DNA from: Candidatus Peregrinibacteria bacterium
GTDB lineage: Bacteria > Patescibacteriota > Gracilibacteria > UBA1369
Length of the DNA: 64,000 nt
Direction of reading: 5' to 3'
Assembly (NCBI GenBank): GCA_963708185.1
Contig: OY970195.1
Coordinates: forward strand, 896,001-960,000
Shown here: in pieces, positions 1 to 9,207 of the stretch
How positions within the stretch are numbered: the stretch's first letter is position 1
Layout of the letters: every line of letters begins with the position of its first letter
Notes under the pieces: model-generated
The model's input: only the letters and a program-made list of their open reading frames with translations
Database searches by the model: none
Told to the model about the DNA's origin: nothing
Translations under genes and position numbers: made by a program

Positions 1-2
1 GG

Positions 3-653
3 AACATTATCATGGCCTTTTTCCTGAGCATCGGACAGATCTTCACCAGGAAAAAACTTTCTCCTGAAATGGAAAAATCACAGAAGATGATGGTATACCT
101 TTTGCTGGCCACCATCCCGGCGATTATTTTCGGCGTGACGTTAAGTGATTGGCTCGATGCCGTCTTCAGACATCCCTTTTCCGTAGCGATTTTCCTGATC
201 CTCGTGGGTGTGCTGTTTTTCGTGGCTGAATATATTTACAGCAAAATGAAGACCCGCGAAGTAGGTCTGCGTGAAGCCATTATTATGGGTCTTTGCCAGT
301 GTCTTGCCCTGATGCCCGGGGTATCACGCTCCGGCATCACGATCGGCGCGGGCATTGTGCAGGGCGTCAAGCGCGACGAAGCCGCTAAATTTTCTTTTCT
401 TTTGGGGGCGATCGCCATTTTCGGGGCCGCGGTGTTCGCGGTATACGACATCAGCAAAGGGAAATATCTGATGCCCTCCACGGATGTGCTCATCGCGGGA
501 ATCCTGAGTTCCTTTGTGGTCGGACTTGCGGCAATCTCGTTCCTGATGCGGTATTTGAAAAAACACTCCCTGCATATTTTTGGTGTATACCGGGTAATTT
601 TAGGTTTTGTGCTGCTGTATCTTCTAAACTTCACGACGGTGTTTGCGAAATAG
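3..653 (+). CDS. uppP: Undecaprenyl-diphosphate phosphatase (5' end outside window)
   Basis: Membrane protein with ATIPA, Q-LALMPGVSRSGIT and AAKFSFLL BacA motifs; frame open from window start. Confidence 0.93.
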   Translation, partial: NIIMAFFLSIGQIFTRKKLSPEMEKSQKMMVYLLLATIPAIIFGVTLSDWLDAVFRHPFSVAIFLILVGVLFFVAEYIYSKMKTREVGLREAIIMGLCQCLALMPGVSRSGITIGAGIVQGVKRDEAAKFSFLLGAIAIFGAAVFAVYDISKGKYLMPSTDVLIAGILSSFVVGLAAISFLMRYLKKHSLHIFGVYRVILGFVLLYLLNFTTVFAK

Positions 654-769
654 TTTTTTCCAAAAAAATTAACTGGACAAAACGTAGAAATATCCATAGA
701 ATAGTGGAAAATCACCCTGGGAAATTTGGCTGTTTTCAGGCCAAATCTCCCTTTTTTCTTCACATATTT

Positions 770-1810
770 ATGGCCTCGATCAAAGATTACGCCATCGTGA
801 CGCTCGGAAGTCACACCGCTTTGCAGATACTCAAAGGAGCCAAGGATGAAGGTTTCAAAACCATCTGCGTGTGCGTGAAAGGAAAAGAAAAACCTTATAA
901 AAGCTACGGCGTGGCCGACGAGTTTATTTTCGTCGATTCGTTCAAAGATTATTTCAACATCGAGGACCAGCTCATCAAACAGAACGCCATCATGATTCCG
1001 CACGGTTCTTTCGTGAGCTATCTGGGCTGGAAAAAAGTCCAGGACATCAAAGTGATGCACTACGGCACCAAAGAGATCCTGGAATGGGAGTCGGACCGCA
1101 ATAAGGAGCGGATCTGGATGGGAAAAGCCGGATTGAAACAGCCGAGAATTTTCAGTACTCCCGAAGAGATCGACCGCCCGGTCATCATTAAGTTTCACGG
1201 TGCGAAAGGCGGTTTCGGATATTTCATCGCGAACTCCACCGCTGAATTCTATGAACGCATCCAGAACTATCCCGGTGAAGAAGGCTATGTCATCCAGGAA
1301 TATATCGTGGGCGTTCCGGTGTATACGCATTATTTCTATTCCCCGGTCACCAAGGAACTTGAAATCATGGGTTTTGACAAACGGTATGAATCCAACGCGG
1401 ATTCGATCGGACGCATCGCGGCGAAAGACCAGCTGGATGCGGATATCCGCACCTCGTACACCATTACCGGCAACATGCCGCTCGTCATCCGCGAATCCAT
1501 ACTTCCCGAAGTTTTCGACATGGGGGAACGCGTCATCGAAGAGTCGCGACAACTGATCGGGTACACATCAAAAAAACCTCTTACCAAAGGTTTGTATGGG
1601 CCTTTCTGTCTTGAAGCCATCCTCGATCCTGATTTGAACTTTTATGTTTTTGAAATTTCTGCGAGAATTGTTGCCGGAACCAATCCGTACATCCACGGAT
1701 CACCCTACACCTGGTTGCGTTATAATGAGCCCATGAGTAACGGAAGACGCATCGCGCGGGACATCAAACAAGCCATCGAACAGGACCGGTTGGAGGAGAT
1801 CCTGGGATAA
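770..1810 (+). CDS. purP: FAICAR synthetase, formate-dependent ATP-grasp (archaeal-type PurP)
   Basis: TLGSHTALQILKGAKDEGF, PHGSF, KGGFGYF, YFYSP, RYESNAD, GPFCLE, FEISARIVAGTN; start placed at ATG 770 (MASIKD). Confidence 0.88.
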   Translation: MASIKDYAIVTLGSHTALQILKGAKDEGFKTICVCVKGKEKPYKSYGVADEFIFVDSFKDYFNIEDQLIKQNAIMIPHGSFVSYLGWKKVQDIKVMHYGTKEILEWESDRNKERIWMGKAGLKQPRIFSTPEEIDRPVIIKFHGAKGGFGYFIANSTAEFYERIQNYPGEEGYVIQEYIVGVPVYTHYFYSPVTKELEIMGFDKRYESNADSIGRIAAKDQLDADIRTSYTITGNMPLVIRESILPEVFDMGERVIEESRQLIGYTSKKPLTKGLYGPFCLEAILDPDLNFYVFEISARIVAGTNPYIHGSPYTWLRYNEPMSNGRRIARDIKQAIEQDRLEEILG

Positions 1811-1825
1811 TTATTCTTCGAGCAT

Positions 1826-2995
1826 ATGATTACACAAAACGATATTGCGGACATCATCAAGGATTACGATCCGAAAAACATTACGATCGGCGTTCTCGGC
1901 GGACACAGTGGACTGGACGTCTGCCGCGGGGCGAAAAAATATGGTTTTAAAACAGTGGCGGTATGCCAGAAAGGTCGTGAACAGACCTATGCCAAATATT
2001 ATAAAACCAGACCTGACGACGGGATGCTGCGCGACCCGATGTACGGTTGGGGCAATTACAAAGGCTGTGTCGACGACGTTATTCTCGTCGACAAGTTTGG
2101 TGACGTCGTGAACACCGGGGTGCAGGAAAAACTGCGCGCCATGAACACGATCTTCATTCACAACCGCTACTTCTGGGTGTACTGCGACTTCGACAAGGTG
2201 GAAAAAGAGTTCCGGGTTCCCATTTTCGGAACACGCGAGATGCTCAAGCTTGAAGAACGTGACGTTGAACAGAATCAGTACTACCTTCTGCAGCAGGCCG
2301 GAATCCGTATTCCAAGAATCTACACGACGCCGGAAGAGATCGACCGCCTGGTGCTCGTGAAAGTCAATGAAGAGCTGCGCGGTTATGAAAGAGCATTCTT
2401 TCTCGCCGCCGACGCGGACGATTATAAGAAAAAATCCGACGAACTGCTCTCGGCAAAAATTATCAGCCAGAAAAATCTGGAAAGGGCCGTCATCGAAGAG
2501 TTTGTCGTGGGCGCTCCCGTGAATCTGAACTATTTCTATTCCCCTCTCGACGGTGAAATTGAACTCATGGGGACCGATATGCGCAGACAAACGAACCTGG
2601 ACGGATTGCTGCGATTACCCGCCACCGAGCAGATGGCGGTGCTCAAGTACATGAAGCCCCGCCTCATTGAAACGGGACACATTGCCGTCACCATGAAAGA
2701 GTCGCTGCTGGAAAAAGCCTTTGATCTTGGTGAAAAGTTTGTCGCCCTGACCAAAACCGAGATCCCTCCCGGACTCATCGGTCCTTTCGCGCTTCAGGGA
2801 GCGGTCGCTGCGGAAGAAGGCAAAGAAGAGTTCGTGATTTTTGACGTCAGCATGCGTATTCCCGGTTCACCAAGCACGCGCTTTACGCCGTATTCAGGGT
2901 ATTTGTACGGTGAAAGTATCAGTTACGGCGAACGCATCGCCATGGAGATCCGGGCCGGCCTGGAACAGAACAAGCTGGGGACGCTTCTTACTTGA
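1826..2995 (+). CDS. PurP-like ATP-grasp paralog
   Basis: GVLGGHSGLDVCRGAKKYGF, YFYSP, RRQTNLDG, GPFALQG, FDVSMRIPGSP; divergent homolog of the upstream gene. Confidence 0.8.
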   Translation: MITQNDIADIIKDYDPKNITIGVLGGHSGLDVCRGAKKYGFKTVAVCQKGREQTYAKYYKTRPDDGMLRDPMYGWGNYKGCVDDVILVDKFGDVVNTGVQEKLRAMNTIFIHNRYFWVYCDFDKVEKEFRVPIFGTREMLKLEERDVEQNQYYLLQQAGIRIPRIYTTPEEIDRLVLVKVNEELRGYERAFFLAADADDYKKKSDELLSAKIISQKNLERAVIEEFVVGAPVNLNYFYSPLDGEIELMGTDMRRQTNLDGLLRLPATEQMAVLKYMKPRLIETGHIAVTMKESLLEKAFDLGEKFVALTKTEIPPGLIGPFALQGAVAAEEGKEEFVIFDVSMRIPGSPSTRFTPYSGYLYGESISYGERIAMEIRAGLEQNKLGTLLT

Positions 2996-3112
2996 CTTAT
3001 TTTAATTTTAGTTTATTATTACGCTGTCGCTATGCGGGAGATTGTCTCATCGCTATGCGCGTTATTTTGACATCCCGCATGGATAAAACACTTTTACCCC
3101 CCAGGAGGGTTT

Positions 3113-3622
3113 ATGAGGAAGACTCTGACGGTTTTGTTCGCTCTTCTCTGCTTTTTGCTTGCTGCTTGTGCAGGCTCTCAGGTCAAGGACCAGACGGCCC
3201 AGGACCTGAAGAAGGCTCAGGACAAGATCAAGGATCTCGAGCTGTTGAACAAGTCTTTCGACGGCGCGATCAAGCGCTGCGAAGCCCGGCTTCCGAAGGA
3301 AGGCACCTGGCCCAACCTCTTTTCGATGGGGTATTACGGTGACTTTTGGATCACCGATGCCCAGATCGGAAAGATTATCGAGCTGAAGAAGGACTGGTCC
3401 GTGGGCGACGAAGAGCAGCTGTTCATCGTCCCCCGCGTCACCAAAAACGAGGTCATCAAGTTCAAGGGTGCCGGGCTCCGTATGGTCGACTCAGGGACCA
3501 TCTACGCCATCCTGGCGTACATGCCGCCCCAAGATAAGGAAGAACGTAAGAAGCAGCAGATTCTCGTCATTTCGTACAGCGATCGAAACTTCGTCATCAT
3601 CTTCAAGCCTGCTCGGTACTAG
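3113..3622 (+). CDS. Hypothetical lipoprotein
   Basis: AGGAGG SD; signal peptide with lipobox LAAC; short coiled coil; strongly GC3-biased codons. Confidence 0.75.
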   Translation: MRKTLTVLFALLCFLLAACAGSQVKDQTAQDLKKAQDKIKDLELLNKSFDGAIKRCEARLPKEGTWPNLFSMGYYGDFWITDAQIGKIIELKKDWSVGDEEQLFIVPRVTKNEVIKFKGAGLRMVDSGTIYAILAYMPPQDKEERKKQQILVISYSDRNFVIIFKPARY

Positions 3623-3628
3623 GCCCGG

Positions 3629-3660
3629 GCGGCCCTTGCTGAAAACGCAAGGGCCGCCGG
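3629..3660 (+). terminator. GC-rich hairpin after lipoprotein gene
   Basis: GGCGGCCCTTGC-TGAAAAC-GCAAGGGCCGCC; no immediate U-tract. Confidence 0.5.
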
Positions 3661-3792
3661 ACGAGCTCTCCTTTCCATTTTCCATGCGGGATATTCCTTT
3701 TTCCACCATTTTTTATATCCGGAATACCTCCAAACTTTCTGGCTTTTAGCTGCGCCCTTTGCTAGAATGAAGCCCGTTTTAGGCAATTTTTC

Positions 3793-5160
3793 ATGAAAGT
3801 CATTGTCCTTGCTGCGGGCCGCAGCAAACGTCTTAAGCCAATCGAAGATAAAAATTTTCTGGAGTTTGCCGGGAAACCGCTCATCCAGCTCCAGCTGGAG
3901 CAGATGGCTGCGTCCGGACTCAAGGATTTTATCGTCGTGGGCGGTGCGCACAACCTGGCGAAGCTCCGCGCCCTTTCCAAAAAAATGAAACCTTCATTCA
4001 AGGTCGTCGAACAGAAAAACCTTGATGAAGGCATGGCCGGAGCGATCTTGAGCGTTGAACGTTCCGTCAAAAAAGACGCCATGCTCGTCGTGAGCGCCAA
4101 CGACGTCGTTGATCCCGAGGCTTATAGCAATATTCTTCATGCCGGGAAACATCGTGACTTCGACGTTTTTCTGACGGGGAAAAAAGTCCGCGAATATTTT
4201 CCGGGCGGCTATTTGAAAGTGCGTTCGAACGGCCAGATCACCGGTATCGTCGAGAAGCCGGGAAAGGGCAACGAACCCAGCAAAATGATCAATCTCGTCA
4301 TCCATTACCATCGGGATGCAAGCATGTTCGTCAAGGCTTTGAAAGCGGTCAAAACCAAACGCGACGACAGTTACGAAGTGGCTTTGGATGAACTCATCAA
4401 GGCCGGTATTAAAATGAAAGTCGTTCCGTATGAAGGTTTCTGGCAGGCCGTAAAATATCCGTGGCACGTGCTGGATCTGATGGACTATTTTCTGGAGAAA
4501 TTACCGGCGCTTACGGCGGGCCGCAAACTTGCAAAAAGCAGGCATGGAAGCGCTGAATCGCTGCTGCTTGGCAATGACGTGGCAGTGGCAAAAACGGCAA
4601 CCGTCCGCGGCAACGTTTTTCTGGATGACGGCGTAAAAGTCCTCGACAACGCGGTGATCGTGGGGCCGGCGTATATCGGCAAAAACACTGTGGTAGCAAC
4701 CAACGCGCTGGTTCGCGGAAGCAATGTGGGGGCGAATTGCGTGGTGGGTTTCGGAACGGAGGTCGCGAGAAGTTTTTGGGGAAACGACGTGTGGACGCAC
4801 ACGAATTATGTGGGTGACAGCGTGCTGGGAAACGACGTTTCTTTCGGCTCAGGAACGGTCACCGGGAACTTGAGACTCGACGAGCGTAACATTGCCGTCA
4901 CTATTCAAGATGACAAGATCGACTCAGGGAGAAACAAGTTTGGTTTATTGACCGGTGACCATGTTCGTTGCGGAATTAATACGAGTTTTATGCCAGGCAT
5001 TAAAGTCGGGAATAACTCCTTCGTGGGTGCAGGGATCACGGTGGCGCAGGATATTCCGGATGACACGTTTGTTTATGCGAAAACGGAATTGATGATGAAG
5101 CCGAACAAGGCTAAGCTGGATGTGAAACAGCGCGAAAAAATGAAGAAAAAGCTCAGATAA
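3793..5160 (+). CDS. Bifunctional sugar-1-phosphate nucleotidyltransferase/acetyltransferase (GlmU-like)
   Basis: LAAGRSKRL nucleotidyltransferase N-terminus, EKP motif, C-terminal hexapeptide repeats, YVGDSVLG, NLRLD. Confidence 0.85.
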   Translation: MKVIVLAAGRSKRLKPIEDKNFLEFAGKPLIQLQLEQMAASGLKDFIVVGGAHNLAKLRALSKKMKPSFKVVEQKNLDEGMAGAILSVERSVKKDAMLVVSANDVVDPEAYSNILHAGKHRDFDVFLTGKKVREYFPGGYLKVRSNGQITGIVEKPGKGNEPSKMINLVIHYHRDASMFVKALKAVKTKRDDSYEVALDELIKAGIKMKVVPYEGFWQAVKYPWHVLDLMDYFLEKLPALTAGRKLAKSRHGSAESLLLGNDVAVAKTATVRGNVFLDDGVKVLDNAVIVGPAYIGKNTVVATNALVRGSNVGANCVVGFGTEVARSFWGNDVWTHTNYVGDSVLGNDVSFGSGTVTGNLRLDERNIAVTIQDDKIDSGRNKFGLLTGDHVRCGINTSFMPGIKVGNNSFVGAGITVAQDIPDDTFVYAKTELMMKPNKAKLDVKQREKMKKKLR

Positions 5161-5202
5161 CTTTCTTTTAGGCTTTTACGCCTTTACGTTTTACCGCGAC
5201 GC

Positions 5203-5997
5203 ATGAAACTTTCCGTCATTATCGTCAATTACAATCACAAGTATTTCCCCCGACTTGCCGTTGAAGCACTGGAAAAGAGCGAGGTGGACTTTCCCTATGA
5301 AATCGTTGTGGTGGATAACGGTTCTCATGATGAGGAGAGTTTGGGGTTTCTTGAAAAAGCGCATGCCGAAAAGCGTATCACTCTTATTAAATCTCCACAG
5401 AACATCGGTTTTGGACGTGGCAATAATCTTGGCGTGGCCAATTCCAGCGGGAAGTACGTTTTTTTCCATAATCCCGACGTGACGGTGCATGAGGACAGCC
5501 TTCAAAAAATGGTGGATTATCTGGAACACCATCACGACATCGGCATCCTGGGTCCGAAACTGATGTATTCGAGCGGGAAGATCCAGGAGTCGTGCCGGCG
5601 CAACATGACCTGGGGAGATCTGATCTTCAAACGGACGTTTTTGGGGAAACTTCCCTTTTTAAAGAAGCGCGTCCAGAAGTATCTGATGGCGGATTTTGAC
5701 CACAGCAAGATCCAGGACGTTGATCTTATCACCGGGGCAGCCATCATGATGCCACGCGCGGTCTATGACAAAGTGAAGGGGTTCGACCCGAGATATTTTC
5801 TGTTCATGGAGGATTTCGACCTGTGCCGCATGGTGAAAAAAGCGGGTTACCGTGTGGTTTATTATCCCGAGTCCGTCATGATGCATTACCACAAACGTTT
5901 AAGCGAAGGCTCCTTTTTTAAACTGCTCACCCGTAAGGTTTTCTGGCACCACGTGGCGAGTGCGCTCAAATATTTCTGGAAGTGGAAGGGCGGTTGA
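5203..5997 (+). CDS. GT2 glycosyltransferase (WbbL-like)
   Basis: SVIIVNYN, VVDNGS, NIGFGRGNN, NPD, YFLFMEDFDLC. Confidence 0.9.
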   Translation: MKLSVIIVNYNHKYFPRLAVEALEKSEVDFPYEIVVVDNGSHDEESLGFLEKAHAEKRITLIKSPQNIGFGRGNNLGVANSSGKYVFFHNPDVTVHEDSLQKMVDYLEHHHDIGILGPKLMYSSGKIQESCRRNMTWGDLIFKRTFLGKLPFLKKRVQKYLMADFDHSKIQDVDLITGAAIMMPRAVYDKVKGFDPRYFLFMEDFDLCRMVKKAGYRVVYYPESVMMHYHKRLSEGSFFKLLTRKVFWHHVASALKYFWKWKGG

Positions 5998-6224
5998 CGG
6001 GTTGACTTTGGCGGTACGATATGGGAAATTTTTACACCCCTGAAGGAGAAGATTTTTTTCTTGTGTTCTTTGACAACGAAACAGAGAGTCACTTGCTTAT
6101 CATGTAAAATGCTTTCACTCATCAGGAAAGGAGCAGCGCGAAGTATTTTCGGTAGGCAGGTTATCTCTCTGCTTTGCATATTTTCGCTTACAGGCTCAAG
6201 GACCGGAACAGAAAGGGCAGGCAC

Positions 6225-6605
6225 ATGGCAACCAGGAAAGATTTGTGGGACAAGCTCGGGAAGCTCATAGAAGAAAAGGCCGACCTCATCCACCGGCTCA
6301 TGGAGCTGGCAGGTGAGGAGTCCGAGCTTTTGCAGAAGCTCAACGAGACCGATGGGAACCTCGACAGTGAGGTCCCCGAAGGAGAGAAGCCGGAAGCTAC
6401 TGCTGAAGCTGAAGCCGCTCCCGCGGCCGAGGCGGACGCAGCAACTGACGACGGTGGCGACAACGACAAGCCGACAGCTGAAGCTTCTCCCGAAGCACCC
6501 GCTGCGGAGGAAACTCCTGCTGCGGATGCCGAAGAAGAGGCTTCCGGCGACGGCGACAAAGAAGAGTCCTCCGACGAGAAGAAGGAAGACGAGCAGGCCG
6601 ACTGA
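6225..6605 (+). CDS. Hypothetical highly acidic protein
   Basis: GAAAGGG SD before ATG 6225; N-terminal coiled coil then E/D/A-rich low-complexity tail; followed by a terminator. Confidence 0.65.
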   Translation: MATRKDLWDKLGKLIEEKADLIHRLMELAGEESELLQKLNETDGNLDSEVPEGEKPEATAEAEAAPAAEADAATDDGGDNDKPTAEASPEAPAAEETPAADAEEEASGDGDKEESSDEKKEDEQAD

Positions 6606-6637
6606 AGAAGCCAGGCGGCGCGGCAAGGCAGAGGCTG

Positions 6638-6675
6638 GGCGGGTACACGAATAGTGTACCCGCCACCTCTTTTAT
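6638..6675. terminator. Intrinsic terminator hairpin between convergent genes
   Basis: GGCGGGTACAC-GAATA-GTGTACCCGCC followed by a pyrimidine/T run. Confidence 0.65.
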
Positions 6676-6681
6676 CGTGCA

Positions 6682-7269
6682 TTATTTTATTTTCCCTTCC
6701 GCAAACCAGCGGATGACTTCGGGATACCATTTTTTCTCGAGAGCCTGGACTTTTATTTTTAAGGTTTCCGGGGTGTCTTCAGGTTCGACTGCTACTTTTT
6801 TTTGCAAAATGATTTCTCCGGTATCCACGCCTTCGTCGACAAAATGGAACGTGCAGCCCGTTTCCTTTTCTCCGGTTTTCAAGACTTCTTCGTGGACGTT
6901 TGTGCCGTAAAACCCCTTCCCGCTGAATTTCGGCATTAACGCCGGATGAACGTTGATGATTCTTCGCGGAAATCTGTTGACGAATTCAGGTGTAAGCACT
7001 CGCATGTATCCGACCAGTACCACCAAATCGACCCCGTATTCTTTGAGAACGTCAGCCAGATCGACGTCGTACTCTTTGGGCGTTTCATCTTTGGGATCGA
7101 CAAAAACCGCAGGATATCCCTGATTGCGAGCGCGTTCCAGGGCGAAGGCGTTTTTTTTATTGCTGGCGACGACCGCCAGCTCAATGCCGGTCATTTTCCC
7201 GGTCTTCATCTCATCGATGATGGCCTGGAGGTCCGTTCCTTTGGTTGATGCGAGTACGCCTATTCTCAA
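6682..7269 (-). CDS. purN: Phosphoribosylglycinamide formyltransferase
   Basis: VLASTKGTDLQAII, LVGYMRVL, INVHPALMPKF, GCTFHFVDEGVDTGEII. Confidence 0.95.
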   Translation of the reverse strand: MRIGVLASTKGTDLQAIIDEMKTGKMTGIELAVVASNKKNAFALERARNQGYPAVFVDPKDETPKEYDVDLADVLKEYGVDLVVLVGYMRVLTPEFVNRFPRRIINVHPALMPKFSGKGFYGTNVHEEVLKTGEKETGCTFHFVDEGVDTGEIILQKKVAVEPEDTPETLKIKVQALEKKWYPEVIRWFAEGKIK

Positions 7270-7385
7270 GATTGAGCGTGATAATATGTTCCAAGTTTAC
7301 CACAACTTTTTCGAATCTACAGCTTTCCGGAGTGGCTTTGGAAGCCCTTTTTTGCTATAATACACAGATAACTTTAATTTACTTC

Positions 7386-8381
7386 ATGTTCTGGACATTC
7401 TTTTTCTTCATTCTGGGTCTTGCGGTTCTCCTCAAAGGGTCGGAGTTCCTTATTGACGGAAGCGCGGGCCTCGCGAAAAGATTTCGGATCTCTCCTTTTA
7501 TTGTGGGGATCACCATTGTTGCGCTCGGAACGAGTCTGCCGGAACTTTTTGTGAGTATCCTTGCGGCTCTCAAACAGGAGAGCGGTCTTGTCATCGGAAA
7601 TATCGTGGGAAGCAACATTGCCAATATTGCTCTTATTCCAGGGATCTCCGCAATGATACGTCCTTTGCGTTTTGATAATCCAAAAATTGTACGCTACGAG
7701 ATTCCTTACGTTATTCTGGCAGGATTAGTGCTGTTTTTGCTTGGTTTCGATGAGGTGTTCCAAAACCACGGACTGCCCGTCATCAACAGCCTCACACTGG
7801 GAGATGGGCTTATTATGTTGCTCTTTTTTACCATCTTTATTTTTTATATCTTCGGAAATCTTAAAATCGGCAAAGCGCTTGAATCACAGGCCGAACGGAA
7901 AGAGAAAATAACCGGGAAGGAACCTCTTTCCAAACTGATTTTCTTACTTATCGGCGGTCTTTTGGCAGCTGTCGGAGGAGGAAAACTCGTTGTCGATAAT
8001 GCCGTGAGCATTGCCCAGTTCCTCGGAGTCAGTGAAACGACGATCGGTCTGACCATCGTGGCTATGGGCACTTCCCTGCCTGATATTTCCGCTTCGGTTA
8101 TCGCGGTCGCCAAAAAACGAGAGGATATCGGCATTGGCAATCTCATCGGCAGCAACGTCATCAATGTTTTCCTGGTTCTCGGCCTAACCACATTCATTAC
8201 CCAGCTTACACTCGGGACATTTGAACTGTTCGACGTATTTTTTATGATCGGCCTGAGTATTTTACTCTTCCTGTTTGCCTATTTCCGTAAACAGCTCACC
8301 AAGATCTCAGGCGTCACCTTCCTTATCTTGTATGTCGTGTACATTATTTTCGTCCTTTACCGTGACGTCGCGTTGAAATAG
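7386..8381 (+). CDS. Calcium/sodium antiporter (CaCA, YrbG-like)
   Basis: Two alpha repeats GTSLPE/GTSLPD with GNIVGSN/GNLIGSN; about 10 TM helices. Confidence 0.92.
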   Translation: MFWTFFFFILGLAVLLKGSEFLIDGSAGLAKRFRISPFIVGITIVALGTSLPELFVSILAALKQESGLVIGNIVGSNIANIALIPGISAMIRPLRFDNPKIVRYEIPYVILAGLVLFLLGFDEVFQNHGLPVINSLTLGDGLIMLLFFTIFIFYIFGNLKIGKALESQAERKEKITGKEPLSKLIFLLIGGLLAAVGGGKLVVDNAVSIAQFLGVSETTIGLTIVAMGTSLPDISASVIAVAKKREDIGIGNLIGSNVINVFLVLGLTTFITQLTLGTFELFDVFFMIGLSILLFLFAYFRKQLTKISGVTFLILYVVYIIFVLYRDVALK

Positions 8382-9117
8382 GACGCCGTTTCATAACAGC
8401 AGGATAGAGCGGTTCGTAAAGGCACTGTTCAACCGGCATAACCGGTTCGAGAGGGCTTGTTTTGCCATTGGAGAAGATGACCGGAGCGTTGGTGATCAGC
8501 ACAAAAGGGGTCTGCTCGTCAGACTGCCCCATGAGATAGTTGGCAAGCCCGGCGAGGCTGTCGGCGACAGCTTCCTGGGTGAAATTCAACTTGTTTCCGT
8601 AAAGGTCGTGCGATCCTCTTTTATCTTCGACTCCTTTGAATCCCGAATAACCCAATGCTATTCCTGACACGCCTTTTCGTAGTGGCACACAAAATGAATC
8701 GACGATGACCACTCCGAGTTGCTTGAGTTTCAGATGTTTTTTCAGGTGATTTCTTATTGCCGCCGCGGCCTTGAACGGTTCTTTGGGCCAAAGGATGGCG
8801 CGGCCGCTTTGAATGTTGGACTGGTCGATGCCGGCCCAGGGCGTAAAAATATGATTTTTGAGTGTTAACTGGACCTTGTTGCTGCCGAAAATCTTGTCCG
8901 CTTCGCTCTTTACGGCTTTTTCCAGATCTTTGTGAAAGTTGAGTTTGATGATTCTTCCTTGGGTAATGGCCAGAACCTTGGAACTTACCGCCAGTACGGT
9001 TTTTTCTTTGATCTTTTTCCGTTTCAGCACGCTGGCAAGGAGCCGAATCAGATCCGTTTTTTCCGTAATAATTTCCGATTTCACCGCTTCTGCTTCAAGT
9101 TTTTTCGTTTTTTGCAT
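8344..9117 (-). CDS. CofE-family gamma-glutamyl ligase (F420-0:glutamate ligase-like)
   Basis: SSKVLAITQG, AGIDQSN, GVVIVDS-PLRKG, G-DLYG, ADSLA, MGQSDEQTP. Confidence 0.82.
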   Translation of the reverse strand: MQKTKKLEAEAVKSEIITEKTDLIRLLASVLKRKKIKEKTVLAVSSKVLAITQGRIIKLNFHKDLEKAVKSEADKIFGSNKVQLTLKNHIFTPWAGIDQSNIQSGRAILWPKEPFKAAAAIRNHLKKHLKLKQLGVVIVDSFCVPLRKGVSGIALGYSGFKGVEDKRGSHDLYGNKLNFTQEAVADSLAGLANYLMGQSDEQTPFVLITNAPVIFSNGKTSPLEPVMPVEQCLYEPLYPAVMKRRPISTRRHGKGRK

Positions 9118-9172
9118 TTTTGGCAGTAATATTGTTTTATAATAATTATATTAATGTGTCCATTACAGTTTG

Positions 9173-9201
9173 TTGACCACGACATTGCACTTTGCTATCA
9201 T
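9173..9201 (+). promoter_or_regulatory. Sigma70-type promoter with extended -10
   Basis: TTGACC (9173-9178), 17-nt spacer, TG-n-TATCAT (9193-9201). Confidence 0.7.
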
Positions 9202-9207
9202 GATCTG

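Larger units (their letters stand above)
3072..3692. repeat. 12-bp inverted repeats flanking the lipoprotein gene
   Basis: ATCCCGCATGGA at 3072-3083 and its reverse complement TCCATGCGGGAT at 3681-3692. Confidence 0.6.
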
